A stretch of DNA of 10,288 nucleotides, taken from contig NZ_JAEDAM010000062.1 of the NCBI RefSeq assembly GCF_018420025.1, forward strand, positions 1 through 10,288, read 5' to 3'. Position 1 is the stretch's first letter. Each line of letters starts with the position of its first letter. Origin of the DNA: Candidatus Vampirococcus lugosii (GTDB lineage Bacteria; Patescibacteriota; Gracilibacteria; Absconditabacterales; Absconditicoccaceae). The notes under the pieces were generated by a model that was not told the origin of the DNA, searched no databases, and saw only the letters and a list, made by a program, of their open reading frames with translations. A program made the translations under genes and the position numbers. Shown here one piece after another: positions 8,247-10,288 of the stretch.

Positions 8247-9737
8247 TTATCTTATATATGTTGTTATTTTACTTTCTCTTATTCATACAACTCTTACATT
8301 ACCAGGATAATCTAATTGATCTTCAATTTTTTTTGCTATAGACATTATAAGTTTTTCAAATTCATATTCGCTAACTTTATTAGAATCAACAAAAGTCATT
8401 ATTTCTCTACCTGCTTGCATTATATATACTTTTTCTACTCAATCAAACTCTGTAACTAGATTTTCCAAGTTTTCCATTCTTTCAATAAACATATTTTTAG
8501 TATTGAATCTAGCTCATGGTCTAGCGGCACTAATTGTATCTGATGCTGTAACTATCCAAGAAATAGGATCAACAAGAGGAACATCAAAATGATGTCATTC
8601 AGCAGAATTTATTGTAATTGAGTAAAATCAATATTGTCTAAGTATTTCTCAACCAATTTTTGCATGTGCCATTCATATTCATGCTTTAAGTTTACCTATA
8701 TCGTGCAACAATCATGCTTTTTTTGCTAATTGTCAATCCAAACCAAGTTCATTTGCTATTCATTCTGCTATTCTAGCAACTTCAATACTGTGAATCCATA
8801 AATTTTGTCAATAACTATATCTAAAATAAAATTGTCAAATCATATAAACTATATCTGATTTCATTATAGGCAAATTAAGAATAGTCAATGCTTCTTTACC
8901 TTTTTCAATAATAAAATCATCTATACTACTTAATACATCATTGTAGGTAGATTCGATATATAATGGATTTATTCTACCATCTTTTACTAATCTTTTTAAT
9001 GTTTCTCAAGCTACATATCTTTTTTCTGGATCAAAACAAGAAATATTTACAACCAAAGGTGTGTCATCTATTATTACTTCTGCTCAAGTAATCTTTTCAA
9101 AAAAAGATATATTTCTTCATTCTTTACCAATAATTTTTCATTTAGTTTCATCATTTGGAATATCTATAGTTGATATAGTAAATTCACTTACTTGATTCAT
9201 ACCAACTCTTGGTAAAACTTTTGATATAATACTTGCTGCTTCTTTCATAGCAACTTCTTTTTTCAAAGTTTTTTGTTTATCAATAAAATTAGCAAGATCT
9301 TTTGAATATGTACTTTCTACAAAAGAATAAATTCTGTCTTTAGCTTCATCTTTAGTATATCAAGAAATTTTTTCCAAAAGTTCTAATTGTTTATTTTCTA
9401 TATTGTCTAAACTTTCTTTTTTTTGAATTAATTTTTTTTCTTCTTCATTCAAAGAAGATATTTTTTCTTCAACTTTTTCTTCTTTTTTTGTTATTCTATC
9501 TTCCAAAGTTTCAATTCTTTTAAGTTTTTGTTCATATTCTTTATTTGCCTGTTCTATTATTGAATTAGCTTTTTTGTCCGCTTTATCTATTATAGAAATA
9601 TATTCCAAATCTATTTTTTCCAACCTTTCATCAAGTTTTTTTTCTTTTTTATTTACATAAGTTTCATATATAAACTTTCAAATAAAAACTCACAAAACTA
9701 ATACCAATATTGGTATTATGATGTTTAATATAGTCAT
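8247..9737 (-). CDS. rny: Ribonuclease Y (N-terminal TM helix, coiled coil, KH domain, HD domain), 496 aa, code 25
   Basis: Frame from ATG 9737-9735 to TAA 8249-8247 verified line by line, with 20 in-frame TGA. It starts with a TM helix (MTILNIIIPILVLVLGVFIGKFIY), followed by the coiled coil seen in track ORF 9360-9623. Next come LEKISGYTKDEAK, the KH block [33 protein letters not shown], the HD block YSYGQN...AGLLHDIGK...EGHH, then AARPGAR, MQAGREI and DYPGNVRVVGIRE. It is colinear with B. subtilis RNase Y. Confidence 0.93.
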
Positions 9738-10095
9738 CTTTTTATTTTTTTATCTAATTAAAATTAATTAATATATTATATTTTATTAAAAAATAAATTA
9801 TTTTGTAAATACAATAATTGTATTAATAAAATTGCTATATTTAAATTGATATGTTTTAAAACTTAAAATATATTTAATTAAGTTATTGTAAAAAATTAAT
9901 AAATTTAAATTATTCTTAACTTATGTTCTAAAAAATTTTAATATTTATTTATCATAATTTATATTTTAATATATTTATTAAATCTAGTTTAAAGTTTAGA
10001 TTTAAAAAATATTTCTAGTTTATTATATAATTTATATATTAATTGTATATTGTTTTTACTGATTTTAAAAATAAAATCAACTAAAAAAATAATTA

Positions 10096-10114
10096 TTCCC
10101 GCCCGGGCGAGGAA
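10096..10114. other. Isolated GC-rich palindrome/hairpin: perfect 10-bp palindrome CGCCCGGGCG (10100-10109) flanked by TTCC / (A)GGAA
   Basis: This is the only strongly GC-rich stretch in the window, sitting in an intergenic region that is otherwise almost entirely A/T. It contains a CCCGGG core and lies 72 nt upstream of the + strand ATG at 10182. Confidence 0.5.
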
Positions 10115-10181
10115 AAGATGTTGATTTTGTGAAAGAAAAAAATATAATGAAAGAGATTTAGTAATATTAAAAAATAAAGAG

Positions 10182-10288
10182 ATGAAAAAGATATTGATAT
10201 GAACACAAGATTTCAAAACATTTATAAATGAAAAATGATATTATATAGATAAAACTAAAACAATACATAATTTATTGATAAGTAATAG
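10182..10288 (+). CDS. AAA-ATPase-like protein (family normally paired with a C-terminal PD-(D/E)XK nuclease domain), N-terminal 35 codons only; runs off the window
   Basis: ATG at 10182. Table 25 translation gives MKKILIGTQDFKTFINEKGYYIDKTKTIHNLLISN, matching the characteristic N-terminus M.K.lPIGiqdF..li.....YvDKT..I..L of the Predicted AAA-ATPase family. Both TGA codons fall on Gly-compatible positions. Confidence 0.55.

Noticed and set aside
392-9737. Genetic code 4 (TGA=Trp, Mycoplasma/Spiroplasma-like) as the explanation for the in-frame TGAs in this AT-rich sequence
   Set aside because: TGA aligns with invariant Gly, not Trp, in the RNase Y KH/HD motifs, HisRS GGRYD and transposase PGE. 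Trp positions in the same genes are encoded by TGG.
9989-10216. Minus-strand 75-aa ORF from the track
   Set aside because: The product is low-complexity and has no recognisable motif. The ORF overlaps the GC palindrome and the start of the better-supported plus-strand AAA-ATPase gene, in an otherwise non-coding AT-rich promoter region.
1-10288. GATC avoidance as a footprint of the DpnII-type system
   Set aside because: I counted roughly 14 GATC sites by eye, against an expectation of about 20 from an approximate base composition. That is not a convincing depletion, and my count is not exact.

Overview
Very AT-rich bacterial window. The supplied standard-code ORF track is misleading because nearly all real genes are broken by in-frame TGA. 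Reading TGA as glycine (translation table 25, Gracilibacteria/Absconditabacteria-SR1 type, Candidate Phyla Radiation) resolves the minus strand into nine tightly packed TAA-terminated CDSs. From right to left these are RNase Y (rny), an Lgt-like membrane protein, a 507-aa membrane-anchored protein, a DpnII-type GATC restriction-modification pair (DpnA-like beta-class m6A methyltransferase, then R.DpnII-like endonuclease), a truncated IS481-like transposase, a 138-aa orphan, histidyl-tRNA synthetase (hisS) and a 218-aa orphan. A plus-strand AAA-ATPase-like gene starts at 10182 and runs off the right edge. TGA lands on universally conserved Gly positions: the KH GxxG motif, AARPGAR and YGQN in RNase Y, GGRYD in HisRS, and PGE in the transposase. 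Trp is encoded by TGG, which excludes code 4. The main anomaly is the R-M cassette, which uses GGN for 33 of 34 Gly codons while host genes use TGA for about 70% of Gly. This suggests recent acquisition from a standard-code donor. The single TGA it does contain sits between the catalytic and SAM-binding halves of the methyltransferase, so that gene is intact only under code 25. Other features are a 55-bp direct repeat with 93-bp period at the left edge, a bidirectional terminator after the R gene, and an isolated GC-rich palindrome (CGCCCGGGCG) in the rny/AAA-ATPase divergent intergenic region. All translations and alignments were done by eye, and no database search was possible.
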